From IMG/VR virus record IMGVR_UViG_3300044709_000074, positions 1 to 32,083 of that record: a stretch of 32,083 nt of DNA; one strand, 5' to 3'. Both the position numbers and the translations under genes were made by a program. Position 1 is the first letter of the stretch. Each line of letters begins with the position of its first letter. The DNA is from a virus. Taxonomy: Duplodnaviria > Caudoviricetes. Of the stretch, positions 1-8,524 are shown piece after piece. The notes below the pieces were generated by a model. The model ran no database searches. It worked only from the letters and a program-made list of their open reading frames with translations, and was not told the origin of the DNA.

Positions 1-1
1 C

Positions 2-286
2 GTCGAGGTCCGCGTCGTCGACGGTCAGGTGCAGGTCCGCAACAGCACCGACCCCGACGGCCCGGTCCTCACGCTCACCGCCGCGTACTGGTCCTGGGTG
101 ATCGGACGGGTCGCGGTCGGGGCGGAGGTGGCCACGATCACCCGCGACGACACCGGGATCCACTGGCGCAACGCCCTCGACGGCTGGGTGGTCGTGGACT
201 TCTCCGAGGTGGAGTGGGCCGCCTTCGTCGCCGGTGTGGTGGCGGGGGAGTTCGGTCTGGACCGGTTGCCGGATGTGACGCCATGA
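2..286 (+). CDS. Tandem DUF397-like protein, 5' truncated by window
   Basis: Frame open from base 2: VEVRVVDGQVQVRNSTDPDGPVLTLTAAYW, then a second degenerate copy ending FSEVEWAAFVAGVVAGEF; both match the DUF397 pattern VRDSKDPxGPxLxFxxxEWxAF. Confidence 0.8.
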   Translation, partial: VEVRVVDGQVQVRNSTDPDGPVLTLTAAYWSWVIGRVAVGAEVATITRDDTGIHWRNALDGWVVVDFSEVEWAAFVAGVVAGEFGLDRLPDVTP

Positions 287-411
287 AGCGCGGCGGATGG
301 GATGACGACGACGTTGACATCGACTGCGGGGTGGTTCTCGTGGCCATGCTCGGCACCGGTGTCGCCGTGGCCTGGTCTGTCGGCTGGGCGCTCTGGAGTG
401 TGATCACCTAA
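283..411 (+). CDS. Small single-pass membrane protein (42 aa)
   Basis: ATGA overlap with upstream stop; MKRGGWDDDDVDID followed by hydrophobic GVVLVAMLGTGVAVAWSVGWALWSVIT; stop overlaps next ATG. Confidence 0.6.
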   Translation: MKRGGWDDDDVDIDCGVVLVAMLGTGVAVAWSVGWALWSVIT

Positions 412-845
412 TGGGACTCGACACCACCCATGGCTGCTGGCACGGCGCGTACGGCGCGTTCACCCGGTGGCGCAACACGATCGCCGAGTTGGCCGGCTAC
501 CAGTTGATGGCGCCGACGCCGGAGGAGATCGCGGACGGCGCGATCTCCTCCTCGCGGTACCCGATGATCGAGTGGTCCGGGATCGTCGAGAAGAACTTCG
601 CCGGGGAGTGGACCCGGACTCCGCCGGACGCGCTGATCGTGCTGATTGCGCATTCCGACTGCGACGGCGTGATCCACCCGGCCCAGGCCGGACCGCTCGC
701 CGACCGGCTCGAAGAGCTGATGCCCAAGCTGATCGAGATGGGCGACGCCACCGGTCACATCCGCAACTGGGCCGACAAGACCCAGTCCTTCATCGATGGG
801 CTACGGCTCGCGGTGAAGCTCGGCGAAGACGTGGAGTTCAACTGA
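411..845 (+). CDS. Hypothetical phage protein (144 aa)
   Basis: Coupled ORF with strong GC3 bias; MGLDTTHGCWHGAYGAFTRWR...HSDCDG. Confidence 0.8.
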   Translation: MGLDTTHGCWHGAYGAFTRWRNTIAELAGYQLMAPTPEEIADGAISSSRYPMIEWSGIVEKNFAGEWTRTPPDALIVLIAHSDCDGVIHPAQAGPLADRLEELMPKLIEMGDATGHIRNWADKTQSFIDGLRLAVKLGEDVEFN

Positions 846-1381
846 TGACAGAGCGTGAATTGGATGGCGGCTCCGCCGCCCCGGCTACGCCGGACCTCCC
901 TCTGTTGAGGATGCCGGTCGCCTCGTCAACCTGGTCTCTACACCGGGACTGGGTACGGCAGCACGAATCCACCGGGCTCGACCCATCCGGCGTAGCCGGG
1001 GAGCCGGAGGCGACAACCAAAGAAGCCTCTGAAATCGATTCTGAGCCTTCGCCTACCCAAGTACCCGTACCTGACCCTGTTGACCCGTCAGCGTCGAATG
1101 TGGCTGGCGGAACGCTGGGCCCCGTCCGGGAGACGGTCGGCATGATCTGCCAGACCTGCGGCACGGACTACGCCGCCCCGGCGTCAGCCGGAGAGCCGAA
1201 GGCGACATATGAGGGGTTGATCATGGCTGACGACGCCCGTACCGAAGCCCGCCGCCGGATCGCCGAAGTCCTCCACGATCATCGCCGGATCGCTGTGGCG
1301 AGCACGGTACTGCGCATGGTTGCGGCGGCGATGGCCGACGAGCCCAATCGGGTGGCCGTAGACCCCGAGGAGAAGCCGTGA
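845..1381 (+). CDS. Hypothetical protein (178 aa), low complexity, one CxxC
   Basis: TGATG coupling at 843-847 (MTERELDGG...); stop overlaps next start. Confidence 0.55.
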   Translation: MTERELDGGSAAPATPDLPLLRMPVASSTWSLHRDWVRQHESTGLDPSGVAGEPEATTKEASEIDSEPSPTQVPVPDPVDPSASNVAGGTLGPVRETVGMICQTCGTDYAAPASAGEPKATYEGLIMADDARTEARRRIAEVLHDHRRIAVASTVLRMVAAAMADEPNRVAVDPEEKP

Positions 1382-1572
1382 GCATGACCGACGAACAGAT
1401 CGACGCGCTGCTGCGGGCGCTGACCGTGGAGGGGTTCGAGTTGCCGTACGGCGCCCGATCGTCCGACTACCCGGACGACGCGGAGTTGCGCACGGCCGAT
1501 CAGCAGGCGCACCAGCAGAACCGTGCCGCGCTCCGCCGCGCTCTTGTCCCCGAGAAGCAGCCGAATGGCTGA
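1378..1572 (+). CDS. Hypothetical protein (64 aa)
   Basis: GTGA overlap, GAGGAG RBS upstream. Confidence 0.65.
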   Translation: MSMTDEQIDALLRALTVEGFELPYGARSSDYPDDAELRTADQQAHQQNRAALRRALVPEKQPNG

Positions 1573-1867
1573 CCGCCCTGTCATCACCATCGACCCGGCG
1601 ATGTCCTTCGGCCGCCCACAGATCCGGGGCGTCTCCACCGACGCGATCGCCAGCATGGTCCGGGCTGGTGAGGACTTCGCCACGGTGGCTCACGAGTACG
1701 ACCTGAGCGTGCATGAGGTGGTCCTGGCGTGCTGGTGGGAGGCGCAGCTCGGCCAGCAGTACGGCGGGGTGTGGAGGTCGTGGGTGGAGGATGTGGGGCC
1801 GGCGTTGGGTGGGTGGAAGCCGTTGGAGCTGGAGACGGTCGAGGAGCCGCCGGCGGTGTCGCGATGA
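1565..1867 (+). CDS. DUF433 domain protein
   Basis: ITIDPAMSFGRPQIRG...AGEDFATVAHEYDLSVHEV matches the DUF433 pattern IDPxxxxGxPxIxG...GExxxxIAxxYxL. Confidence 0.85.
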   Translation: MADRPVITIDPAMSFGRPQIRGVSTDAIASMVRAGEDFATVAHEYDLSVHEVVLACWWEAQLGQQYGGVWRSWVEDVGPALGGWKPLELETVEEPPAVSR

Positions 1868-2550
1868 CCACTCCGCCGCAGGCGGGGAGCGAAGCGACTC
1901 CCGAAAAAGGCTCTAAAGCGTACGAAACGGCGCTGCTCCGCCAGCGGTACTCCGACCTTCGGGCTGCGGTGATCCGGGATGCTGGCGTACGCGTCGGCTC
2001 ACATGCCGAAGGGCTGGAGGCCGAAGTGACGGACATCCTCAGCTTGATCGATAACGCGGTCCAAGACCACGAGACCTCCTGCGACGCGATGCGGTGGTCC
2101 CCGGAGCCGCCGGAGGTTCCGAAACGGCAAGGGCACAGCGCTTCCCTGTCGGCCTTCGACGAGGCGCATTACGCCCCGACCCCCTCCCACCGGCGGGTGA
2201 TCCATGGGCCCCGTCCCGGCATGCGCTTGGTCCCGTTCGTCGGCGGCCCGTGGCATGGCGACTTGCGGGCGCTCCCGCCGGCGTTCGACTACCGGCACGT
2301 CCTCGCCCCAGTCCTGCCGGCCACGCCCGGCTACATCACGTACACCCTCGTCGCCGGCTGGGTCGACGTTCCGCACGGGGCGGTGGACGGTGCCCCGCCG
2401 GGCGGCTGGCACGGTCGGATCAGGGCCGCCCGGGCTCCCGACGCCACGGAGGCCGATCTGAACGAGGTGCTCTCGGGTCTTCTCTTCGCCGGCTGGCAGC
2501 CCTGGTTGCCGCCGGGCAGCCAGCCCTGTGTCGGGGAGGCCCGGCGATGA
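1864..2550 (+). CDS. Hypothetical phage protein (228 aa)
   Basis: ATGA overlap; MTTPPQAGS...; contains FVGGPWHG motif common in small phage proteins. Confidence 0.65.
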   Translation: MTTPPQAGSEATPEKGSKAYETALLRQRYSDLRAAVIRDAGVRVGSHAEGLEAEVTDILSLIDNAVQDHETSCDAMRWSPEPPEVPKRQGHSASLSAFDEAHYAPTPSHRRVIHGPRPGMRLVPFVGGPWHGDLRALPPAFDYRHVLAPVLPATPGYITYTLVAGWVDVPHGAVDGAPPGGWHGRIRAARAPDATEADLNEVLSGLLFAGWQPWLPPGSQPCVGEARR

Positions 2551-3347
2551 TCTGTGTCGTCTGCTCCGACCCCGAACGCACGGTGGAGCCCGGCTGGCTG
2601 GTGGATCACCGCTGCTGGTCCAGGATGGCCGGAGCCCTCCGCGAGCTTCCGGGCCTCGTGGTGGAGCTGGCCAGCCTCGGCTACGTCCAACGCGACCACC
2701 GCCGCGAACTCCGGGACCTCGATACCGGCCGGCGCTGGCCGCACTACGACCCGATCGCGAACGCCTTGCCATCAGGCCCGATCAACGGCGCCAAGAGCGC
2801 ACCGAGGGTGTCCGGATCTCGGGCTGCTCCGGTTCCGATCCGCCTCGACCCCACCGACCTCACAGCAGCCGCCCGCGCCGGCTCGACGAGCGTTCACATC
2901 AGCAGCCCGTGGCCGGCGGACCAGATCGGCTGGCTGTCCGTCGCCACCGAGCTCGACTTCTGGGTGGGCGACTGGGCGACGGAGCGGAACGAAGGCCGGC
3001 CCGCCCCTCAGGTGCCGCTCCTGTGCTCCTGGCTCCTCGACAGGCTCGACTGGGCCTGCCGGCACCACCCGGCCCTGGACGAGTTCGCCTCCAAGCTGAG
3101 CGGGCTCTACGGCGCTCTGATGTCCGCCGTGGGTGGCTGGGCGGCGAAGCCGGAAACCCTCATCACTCCCTGCCGGTCCTGCGGCATGCTGGCGCTGTAC
3201 CGGGAGATCGGACCGACCCCGGAGTATGACCGGGTGGCGTGCGGCGCCTGCCCGTCGCTGCTCACGGAAAGTGACTACGCGGAGTGGGTGAGGGAACTGA
3301 CGGAGCGGGAACGGGCTCGGCAGGCCCAACCGGAGGAGGCGGCATGA
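2547..3347 (+). CDS. Zn-finger phage protein, possible late-gene regulator
   Basis: ATGA overlap; N-terminal CxxC...HxC, central WLLDRLDWACRH, C-terminal CRSC...CGAC; lies shortly before the HNH/terminase block; regulatory role is positional inference. Confidence 0.6.
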   Translation: MICVVCSDPERTVEPGWLVDHRCWSRMAGALRELPGLVVELASLGYVQRDHRRELRDLDTGRRWPHYDPIANALPSGPINGAKSAPRVSGSRAAPVPIRLDPTDLTAAARAGSTSVHISSPWPADQIGWLSVATELDFWVGDWATERNEGRPAPQVPLLCSWLLDRLDWACRHHPALDEFASKLSGLYGALMSAVGGWAAKPETLITPCRSCGMLALYREIGPTPEYDRVACGACPSLLTESDYAEWVRELTERERARQAQPEEAA

Positions 3348-3583
3348 CGGTCATCGATGGCGTGGAGGTTGGCGAATGCCAAGAACTGGTCGTCGCGACC
3401 GTCATCGCCACGTTGCGTTACGCAGCCGAGTGGCTTAACGACGACGACCGGAACTTGCTGTCCGAGACCGCCGACCAGGTGGCGGCCGAAGACCCGCGAG
3501 AAGCATTGTGCTGTCCGGTCTGCGAAGAGGTCGAGTGCGACGAGGGCTGCCCGCTCGCCGGTGTACGGCGGGCAGTGGCATGA
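3344..3583 (+). CDS. Small Cys-rich protein (79 aa)
   Basis: GGAGGAGG RBS, ATGA overlap; CCPVCEEVECDEGCPL. Confidence 0.7.
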   Translation: MTVIDGVEVGECQELVVATVIATLRYAAEWLNDDDRNLLSETADQVAAEDPREALCCPVCEEVECDEGCPLAGVRRAVA

Positions 3584-3996
3584 CCGACCTCGTTGCTTGG
3601 CTCACCCAGCAGATCGACCACGACGAGCAGGTAGCCCGAGCGGCCACGACCGGACCGTGGACGGCTGAGGGCAACGGCAGCATCGTCGGGCCAACCGGCC
3701 CGCTGCCGAAGCTCGCCGGCCACGTCGTCTGCTCCGTCGGTGCGTGGAATGTCGGACGACCAACCGCTGTCGACGCGGCCCACATCGCCCTCCATGATCC
3801 GGCCCGGGTGCTGCGCCAGGTAACCGCCTACCGCCGCATCCTGGCCCGGCACTCCCCGCGACCTTCGGGCCCGCCGAACACCTGGGTGACGCCGCAGTGT
3901 GGTTGGCCCTCGCTGAACCCGTGCCCTGATGTGCGTGACCTGTTGTCGATCTACTCGGACCGTGAGGGCCACGACCCGTCATGGACGGTGGAGTGA
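3580..3996 (+). CDS. DUF6221-like protein
   Basis: MTDLVAWLTQQIDHDEQVARAA...HIALHDPARVLRQVTAYRRIL...YSDREGHDPSW. Confidence 0.8.
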   Translation: MTDLVAWLTQQIDHDEQVARAATTGPWTAEGNGSIVGPTGPLPKLAGHVVCSVGAWNVGRPTAVDAAHIALHDPARVLRQVTAYRRILARHSPRPSGPPNTWVTPQCGWPSLNPCPDVRDLLSIYSDREGHDPSWTVE

Positions 3997-4208
3997 TGAC
4001 CTTCCGTCCGAACACCCGCCGCGTCCTACCCTCCTGGAGCGCCGCTGCCCGCCTGGCCCGCACCTGGGGTTCCCAGACCGGCTGGAAGTACCGTGTCGTC
4101 CGCTTCCGGGACTCGTGGGTGGTCCGCCGGACGGACAAGCGCTGTGGACCGTTCAAGCCGTGGGCCCGCGATCTTGGTGTCGTACGGATGACCATCGAGA
4201 TGCGCTGA
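3996..4208 (+). CDS. Small basic hypothetical protein (70 aa)
   Basis: TGATG coupling; last gene of the coupled accessory block. Confidence 0.55.
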   Translation: MTFRPNTRRVLPSWSAAARLARTWGSQTGWKYRVVRFRDSWVVRRTDKRCGPFKPWARDLGVVRMTIEMR

Positions 4209-4220
4209 AGGGCGCGCCGC

Positions 4221-4250
4221 TTGCCGCTGAGATCATCGACTGCGTAACAT
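4221..4250 (+). promoter_or_regulatory. Putative sigma70/HrdB-type promoter
   Basis: TTGCCG-N18-TAACAT in the first real intergenic gap. Confidence 0.4.
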
Positions 4251-4276
4251 CGCGTATCAGCAGGACAGGTGTGCCC

Positions 4277-4303
4277 GGACCCCGATCATCGGTCGGGGTT
4301 TCC
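4277..4303 (+). terminator. Hairpin, putative intrinsic terminator/attenuator
   Basis: GGA-CCCCGATC-atc-GGTCGGGG-TTTCC: 8-bp stem with one G-U and a short T run. Confidence 0.5.
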
Positions 4304-4330
4304 GCGTCTTCGGGGGTGATCGTGGCCCTC

Positions 4331-4594
4331 ATGTCGGACGTGGGCGTCCTGATGACCACCGAGGAAGCGGCGGACAAGTGCGGGGTGAAGCCCGGCACCA
4401 TCCGCCAGTGGGTGCGCCGTGGACACCTGAAGGCTGTCGGCCGGGCGCCCGGCGGTCGCTCCGCTCTGTACCGGCAGGTGGACGTCGCGGCGGCTGAGGC
4501 TGCGACGCGCGGCCGAGCGAAGCGCTCACCCGGTCTTGACCGGTTGTGTGCCGAGTTGGCCAGGGTCCGCGCCCGCCTTGACCACGCCGCGTAG
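4331..4594 (+). CDS. MerR/excisionase-like helix-turn-helix protein
   Basis: LMTTEEAADKCGVKPGTIRQWVRRGHL...LYRQVDV. Confidence 0.85.
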   Translation: MSDVGVLMTTEEAADKCGVKPGTIRQWVRRGHLKAVGRAPGGRSALYRQVDVAAAEAATRGRAKRSPGLDRLCAELARVRARLDHAA

Positions 4595-4669
4595 CGGAAA
4601 GGGCGAAGCCCGCCACTCAAAGCATCTCCGGGATCCTGTCGTGCCTCTCCGTTACCTTGCGGGGTTCCT

Positions 4670-4825
4670 GTGCCCTACCTGGTGCTGATCGAGTTCGACT
4701 ACCAGCCCGACAACAGCAGCGAGTCGGTCCGGGTCGTACCTGACGATGTGATCACCGACGAGCAGTTGAACCCGACCCGTGCCGCTGAGCTGATCTCGCT
4801 GGGTTGTATCAGCGAACAGCCGTAA
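4670..4825 (+). CDS. Small acidic protein (51 aa), absent from ORF track
   Basis: GTG CCC TAC...CCG TAA; MPYLVLIEFDYQPDNSSESVRVVPDDVITDEQLNPTRAAELISLGCISEQP; codon usage fits the phage. Confidence 0.55.
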   Translation: MPYLVLIEFDYQPDNSSESVRVVPDDVITDEQLNPTRAAELISLGCISEQP

Positions 4826-4848
4826 GCCATGGTCACCCCCGCTGCTTT

Positions 4849-4870
4849 TGTCGCACCCCCGGCGTAACGT
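4849..4870 (+). promoter_or_regulatory. RecA-NDp/PafBC-like promoter driving a leaderless HNH transcript
   Basis: TGTCGC-N10-TAACGT, then 7 nt to ATG 4878; consensus is TGTCGG-N10-TANNNT. Confidence 0.5.
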
Positions 4871-4877
4871 CGCCGCC

Positions 4878-5201
4878 ATGCCGCTGCGCCCCTGCCTCGA
4901 CTGCGGTCGACTCAGTCCGGCATCCCGCTGCCCCACCCACGCCCTGGAGCGATCCAGGGATCGTGATGCACGGCGCGGCTCCAGCACGGCCCGCGGACTG
5001 GGGGCCGAGCACAGACGAGCCACGCGTGAGCAGATCAAGGCCGTGCCGTACTGCGAGCGCTGTGGTCACGCGGGCAGTGCCGAGAATCCGCTGACCGGTG
5101 AGCACGGCGTCCCCCGTGCACATGGCGGTATGGCCGTGACCGGCACGCTGTGCCGGTCCTGCAACAGTTCGTCCGGCTCCCGGATCCGGCGCACCGCTTG
5201 A
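4878..5201 (+). CDS. Packaging-associated HNH endonuclease (HK97 gp74-like)
   Basis: MPLRPCLDCG...CPTH, RGSSTARG, CERC, LTGEHGVPRAHGG, LCRSCNS; typical position upstream of TerS. Confidence 0.8.
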   Translation: MPLRPCLDCGRLSPASRCPTHALERSRDRDARRGSSTARGLGAEHRRATREQIKAVPYCERCGHAGSAENPLTGEHGVPRAHGGMAVTGTLCRSCNSSSGSRIRRTA

Positions 5202-6061
5202 CTACCCTCACCGCCTGCCGCGGCTGCGACCGCCCGGTCGCCCCGTCCGCAGGCAGGCGTCCCCGGGTCTGGTGCTCCGACCGATGCGCTCAGCGCAACC
5301 GCGCCAGGGTTGGCACAGTGAACAGCAGCGCCACCCGGTCATGCGAGGTCTGCGGCACGGCCTACCGCTACACGTATGGCCAGCAGCGGACGTGCAGCCG
5401 CGCGTGCGGCATCCAGCTCCGCCGCTCGGTAGCGCTGACCAGGACCTGTGAGACGTGCGAGCAGACGTTCACCTGGACGGGAGCTGGCAAGCCCTCGGCG
5501 TATTGCACGAAGGCGTGCCATCCGTCGGTCGTGTCGCCACCCAAGCGCCAGCCCCGCCAAATGATCGACCTGACCTGTGCGGTGTGCTCGACGCCGTTCG
5601 TGTCGGACCAGTCTCGGTCGCACTGCTCGCCCGCCTGCGCGGCCATCGGTAAGCGCCGGTATGACAGGGCATACAACGTGCGCCGCCCGAAGCCTGCCCG
5701 TTCATGCGTCTGCGGTTCACCACTGAAGGACCGTCGGCTGAAGTGCGATAGCTGCCGCCTGACTCGAAGCCAGCGCCGACGCCTCGATAAGCGCAGACGA
5801 CGCGCGCTGAAGCTGGGCGTACCTACCGAGCGCTACACGCTGGCTGAGATAGCGCAGCGTGACCGTCGAACCTGCCAGCTCTGCCGCAAGCGTGTCGCAA
5901 TGACAAAGATCGTTCCCCACCCGAAGGCGCCGACCATCGACCACATCGTCCCCTTGGCCGACGCTGGCGACGACAGACGTTCGAACGTCCAACTAGCTCA
6001 CTTCCTGTGTAACTCACGCAAGTCCGATCGTGGAACTCAGCAGCTTGCACTACTCGGATAA
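5198..6061 (+). CDS. HNH homing-type endonuclease with multiple Zn-finger repeats
   Basis: TTGA overlap; about five CxxC...CSxxC units, then RDRRTCQLC, TIDHIVPL, NVQLAHFLCNSRK. Confidence 0.85.
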   Translation: MTTLTACRGCDRPVAPSAGRRPRVWCSDRCAQRNRARVGTVNSSATRSCEVCGTAYRYTYGQQRTCSRACGIQLRRSVALTRTCETCEQTFTWTGAGKPSAYCTKACHPSVVSPPKRQPRQMIDLTCAVCSTPFVSDQSRSHCSPACAAIGKRRYDRAYNVRRPKPARSCVCGSPLKDRRLKCDSCRLTRSQRRRLDKRRRRALKLGVPTERYTLAEIAQRDRRTCQLCRKRVAMTKIVPHPKAPTIDHIVPLADAGDDRRSNVQLAHFLCNSRKSDRGTQQLALLG

Positions 6062-6270
6062 CACGAAGGGTGACGGAGGGAGGGGGAGGGGTGGCCTGCG
6101 CTCATTGCGGGTACCCGCCGACCCCCAAAACCCGGGGCTCGCGGGATGTACGGGTTCGACAAAAGTCCGTTTTGTTCCGCAGGCCCATCTCAGAGGTGTC
6201 TGAGAATTCCTGATCTTGCACTGGCTACACAGCGTGACGGTTACTCGGAGTGATGGGCGGTGCAGAGCCC
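6062..6270. other. Probable cos/packaging-site region
   Basis: Non-coding gap between HNH and TerS with a G tract, palindrome GCGGGTACCCGC (6107-6118) and inverted repeat TCTCAGA-N4-TCTGAGA (6188-6205); function inferred from position. Confidence 0.5.
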
Positions 6271-6693
6271 ATGCCCGGACCGGCGCCGAAGCCCAACGCC
6301 CGCCGTCGCAACGTAAAGCCGACCTCGACCCAGCTCCCGGCGAGCGGCTACGACGGCCCGATCCCGGACTGGCCTCTCAGCAAGCAGGACAAGGCCGAGG
6401 CCGCCGCGTGGAACGCCGTGTGGCGCCTCCCGCAGGCCGCCGAATGGGCACGCGGGTCGCACGCCCGCACGGTGGCCCGGTACGTCCGGGCGCTCGTCGT
6501 GGCCGAGAAGCGCGAGACCACAGCGTTCCACCTCTCCGAGGTCCGGCAGCTGGAGGACCGGCTCGGCCTGACGCCGATGTCGATGCTGCGGCTGCGCTGG
6601 GAGATCGCCCCGGCGGACGTCGCCGACGACGAGCGCGACGACGACGAGCCGGACGCTCCGGTGGCCGACGTGCGCCGCCTGTTCGCGGTCTGA
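6271..6693 (+). CDS. terS: Terminase small subunit
   Basis: MPGPAPKPNARRRN...WRLPQAAEW...EVRQLEDRLGLTPMSMLRLRW; coupled to TerL. Confidence 0.9.
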   Translation: MPGPAPKPNARRRNVKPTSTQLPASGYDGPIPDWPLSKQDKAEAAAWNAVWRLPQAAEWARGSHARTVARYVRALVVAEKRETTAFHLSEVRQLEDRLGLTPMSMLRLRWEIAPADVADDERDDDEPDAPVADVRRLFAV

Positions 6694-8285
6694 TGCGCTG
6701 GCGTGGCCCGCGGTTCGACGGCGAGTTCCCGACCCTCGGATTCGCGGTCGGCAAATGGATCGAGAACAACTGCGTCATCCCCGACGGTGAACAGCAGGGC
6801 GAGCGCTACCTGCTCACCGAGGAGATGTGGAAGTTCCTCGTCCAGTTCTACCGGCTCCACCCGAACGCCCAGCACGACCCGCGCCGGCCGTCCGCGCCCT
6901 TCGCGCACCGCGGCGCGCTGCTCATGCGCCCACAGAAGTGGGGCAAGGGGCCCTTCGCCGCCGCCATCTGCCTCGCCGAGGCGTTCGGGCCCGTCCGCTT
7001 CGCCGGCTGGGACGCTCGCGGCGAGCCGAAGGGCGAACCGCACCCGACCCCGTGGGTGCAGATCGTCGCCACTTCGGAGGAACAGACCGACAACACCTGG
7101 CTGGCGCTGTACGAGATGGCCCGCCGCGGCCCGGTCGCCGAGACCCCGGGCATCGACATCGGCGTGGAGGACATCAACCTGCCCTCCGGCGGGAAGATCG
7201 AGCCGCGCACCTCCTCCGGAAAGGCCCGGCTCGGCGCGCGCCTCACCTTCGCCGTGTTCGACGAGACGCACCTGTTCACCCAGAACAACGGCGGCGTGCT
7301 GCTCGCGAGCACGATGAAGCGGAACATCGGCGGCATGTCCGGCCGGTGGCTGGAGACGACGAACGCCTACGACCCGTCGGAGAAGTCCGTCGCCCAGCGC
7401 ACCCACGAGCACAAGACCCCGGACGTCCACATCGACTACCGGCCGGCGCCGCGCACGCCGAAGCAGGACGACGACGAGGAATGCCTGGACTGCCTCGCCC
7501 ACGTCTACGGCGACTCGTGGTGGGTCGACAAGGAGCGGGTACTCCAGGACGCCCGCGACCCGAACGTCTGCGTGACCTGGGCCGATGCCCTGCGGTTCTT
7601 CTTCAACCTGATCGTGGTCGGTGTCTCGGACGCCGTCGACGCCATCCGGTGGGACGCGTTGCGACGCGACCGGGACCTGCAACCGAAACAGAAGATCGCG
7701 CTCGGGTTCGACGGCTCACGCTCGCAGGACTGCACCTCGATCGTCGCCTCACGGCTCGTCGACGGCCGCTGGTTCCACCTCAAGACCTGGAACCCCGGCA
7801 ACCACGACCAGTGCCCCGGCGGCGTGGTCCCGCGCACCCAGGTCGACCAGGCCCTCACCGACGCCTTCGAGGCGTATGACGTGGCGTACCTGTTCGGCGA
7901 CCCGTACGGGTGGCAGGAATACTTCGCGACCTGGGCGGCCCGTTGGCCGGGCAAGGTCGTCGAGTGCCCGACGAACGTCGAGAAACGCATGGACGACGCG
8001 ATCATCCGCTTCCAGACCGCGTTCAAGGGCGACTTCACCCACGACGGCGACGCCCTCCTGCGTGCACACGTCATGAACGCCGCGCTGGCGAAGGGCCGCC
8101 GCCGGCAACCGCGGCCCGGCGAGGACCCGTCCGTTCCCCGGTTCTACATGCGGATCCTCCCCAAGCGCGACAAGGGCCATATCGACGCCTTCGTGGCCGG
8201 ATTGCTCGCCGAGGAAGCCCGCGGCCAGGCCATCGAGGATGGCGCCCTCGCGCCCGAGCCCGGGTTCTTCGCCTCCTGGAGGTAA
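6693..8285 (+). CDS. terL: Terminase large subunit
   Basis: Walker A RPQKWGKG, Walker B FAVFDETH, ETTNA coupling motif, nuclease GFDGSRSQD and HIDA; TGATG start. Confidence 0.95.
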   Translation: MRWRGPRFDGEFPTLGFAVGKWIENNCVIPDGEQQGERYLLTEEMWKFLVQFYRLHPNAQHDPRRPSAPFAHRGALLMRPQKWGKGPFAAAICLAEAFGPVRFAGWDARGEPKGEPHPTPWVQIVATSEEQTDNTWLALYEMARRGPVAETPGIDIGVEDINLPSGGKIEPRTSSGKARLGARLTFAVFDETHLFTQNNGGVLLASTMKRNIGGMSGRWLETTNAYDPSEKSVAQRTHEHKTPDVHIDYRPAPRTPKQDDDEECLDCLAHVYGDSWWVDKERVLQDARDPNVCVTWADALRFFFNLIVVGVSDAVDAIRWDALRRDRDLQPKQKIALGFDGSRSQDCTSIVASRLVDGRWFHLKTWNPGNHDQCPGGVVPRTQVDQALTDAFEAYDVAYLFGDPYGWQEYFATWAARWPGKVVECPTNVEKRMDDAIIRFQTAFKGDFTHDGDALLRAHVMNAALAKGRRRQPRPGEDPSVPRFYMRILPKRDKGHIDAFVAGLLAEEARGQAIEDGALAPEPGFFASWR

Positions 8286-8287
8286 GC

Positions 8288-8524
8288 GTGGTCACGCTGG
8301 ACCAACTGCTGGATACGCAGCGCCTTGACCGGATCACCGCAGAGGCCCGTCAGATCCAGTTCGGCCGGGTGCTCCTCACCGTCCTGGCCGGCATCTTCTA
8401 CGGCATCGGCTGGATCACCGCCCGAACCTTCGGGGTGCTGTGGCTGGCGCTGACCTGGTCCGCGGTCGCGGTCAAGGTGGGCTGGCAGGAGGGCCGCCGC
8501 AAGAGCGCACCGAAACGAACCTGA
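8288..8524 (+). CDS. Small membrane protein between TerL and portal
   Basis: GGAGG RBS; hydrophobic VLLTVLAGIFYGIGWITARTFGVLWLALTWSAVAV and a basic C-terminus. Confidence 0.7.
   Translation: MVTLDQLLDTQRLDRITAEARQIQFGRVLLTVLAGIFYGIGWITARTFGVLWLALTWSAVAVKVGWQEGRRKSAPKRT

Noticed and set aside
1715-1830. G-rich tract as a G-quadruplex
   Set aside because: Falls within Trp/Val/Gly codons of the DUF433 gene; mostly short G runs; no independent support
8288-8524. Membrane protein as a holin
   Set aside because: No endolysin nearby; small membrane genes between TerL and portal are common and of unknown role
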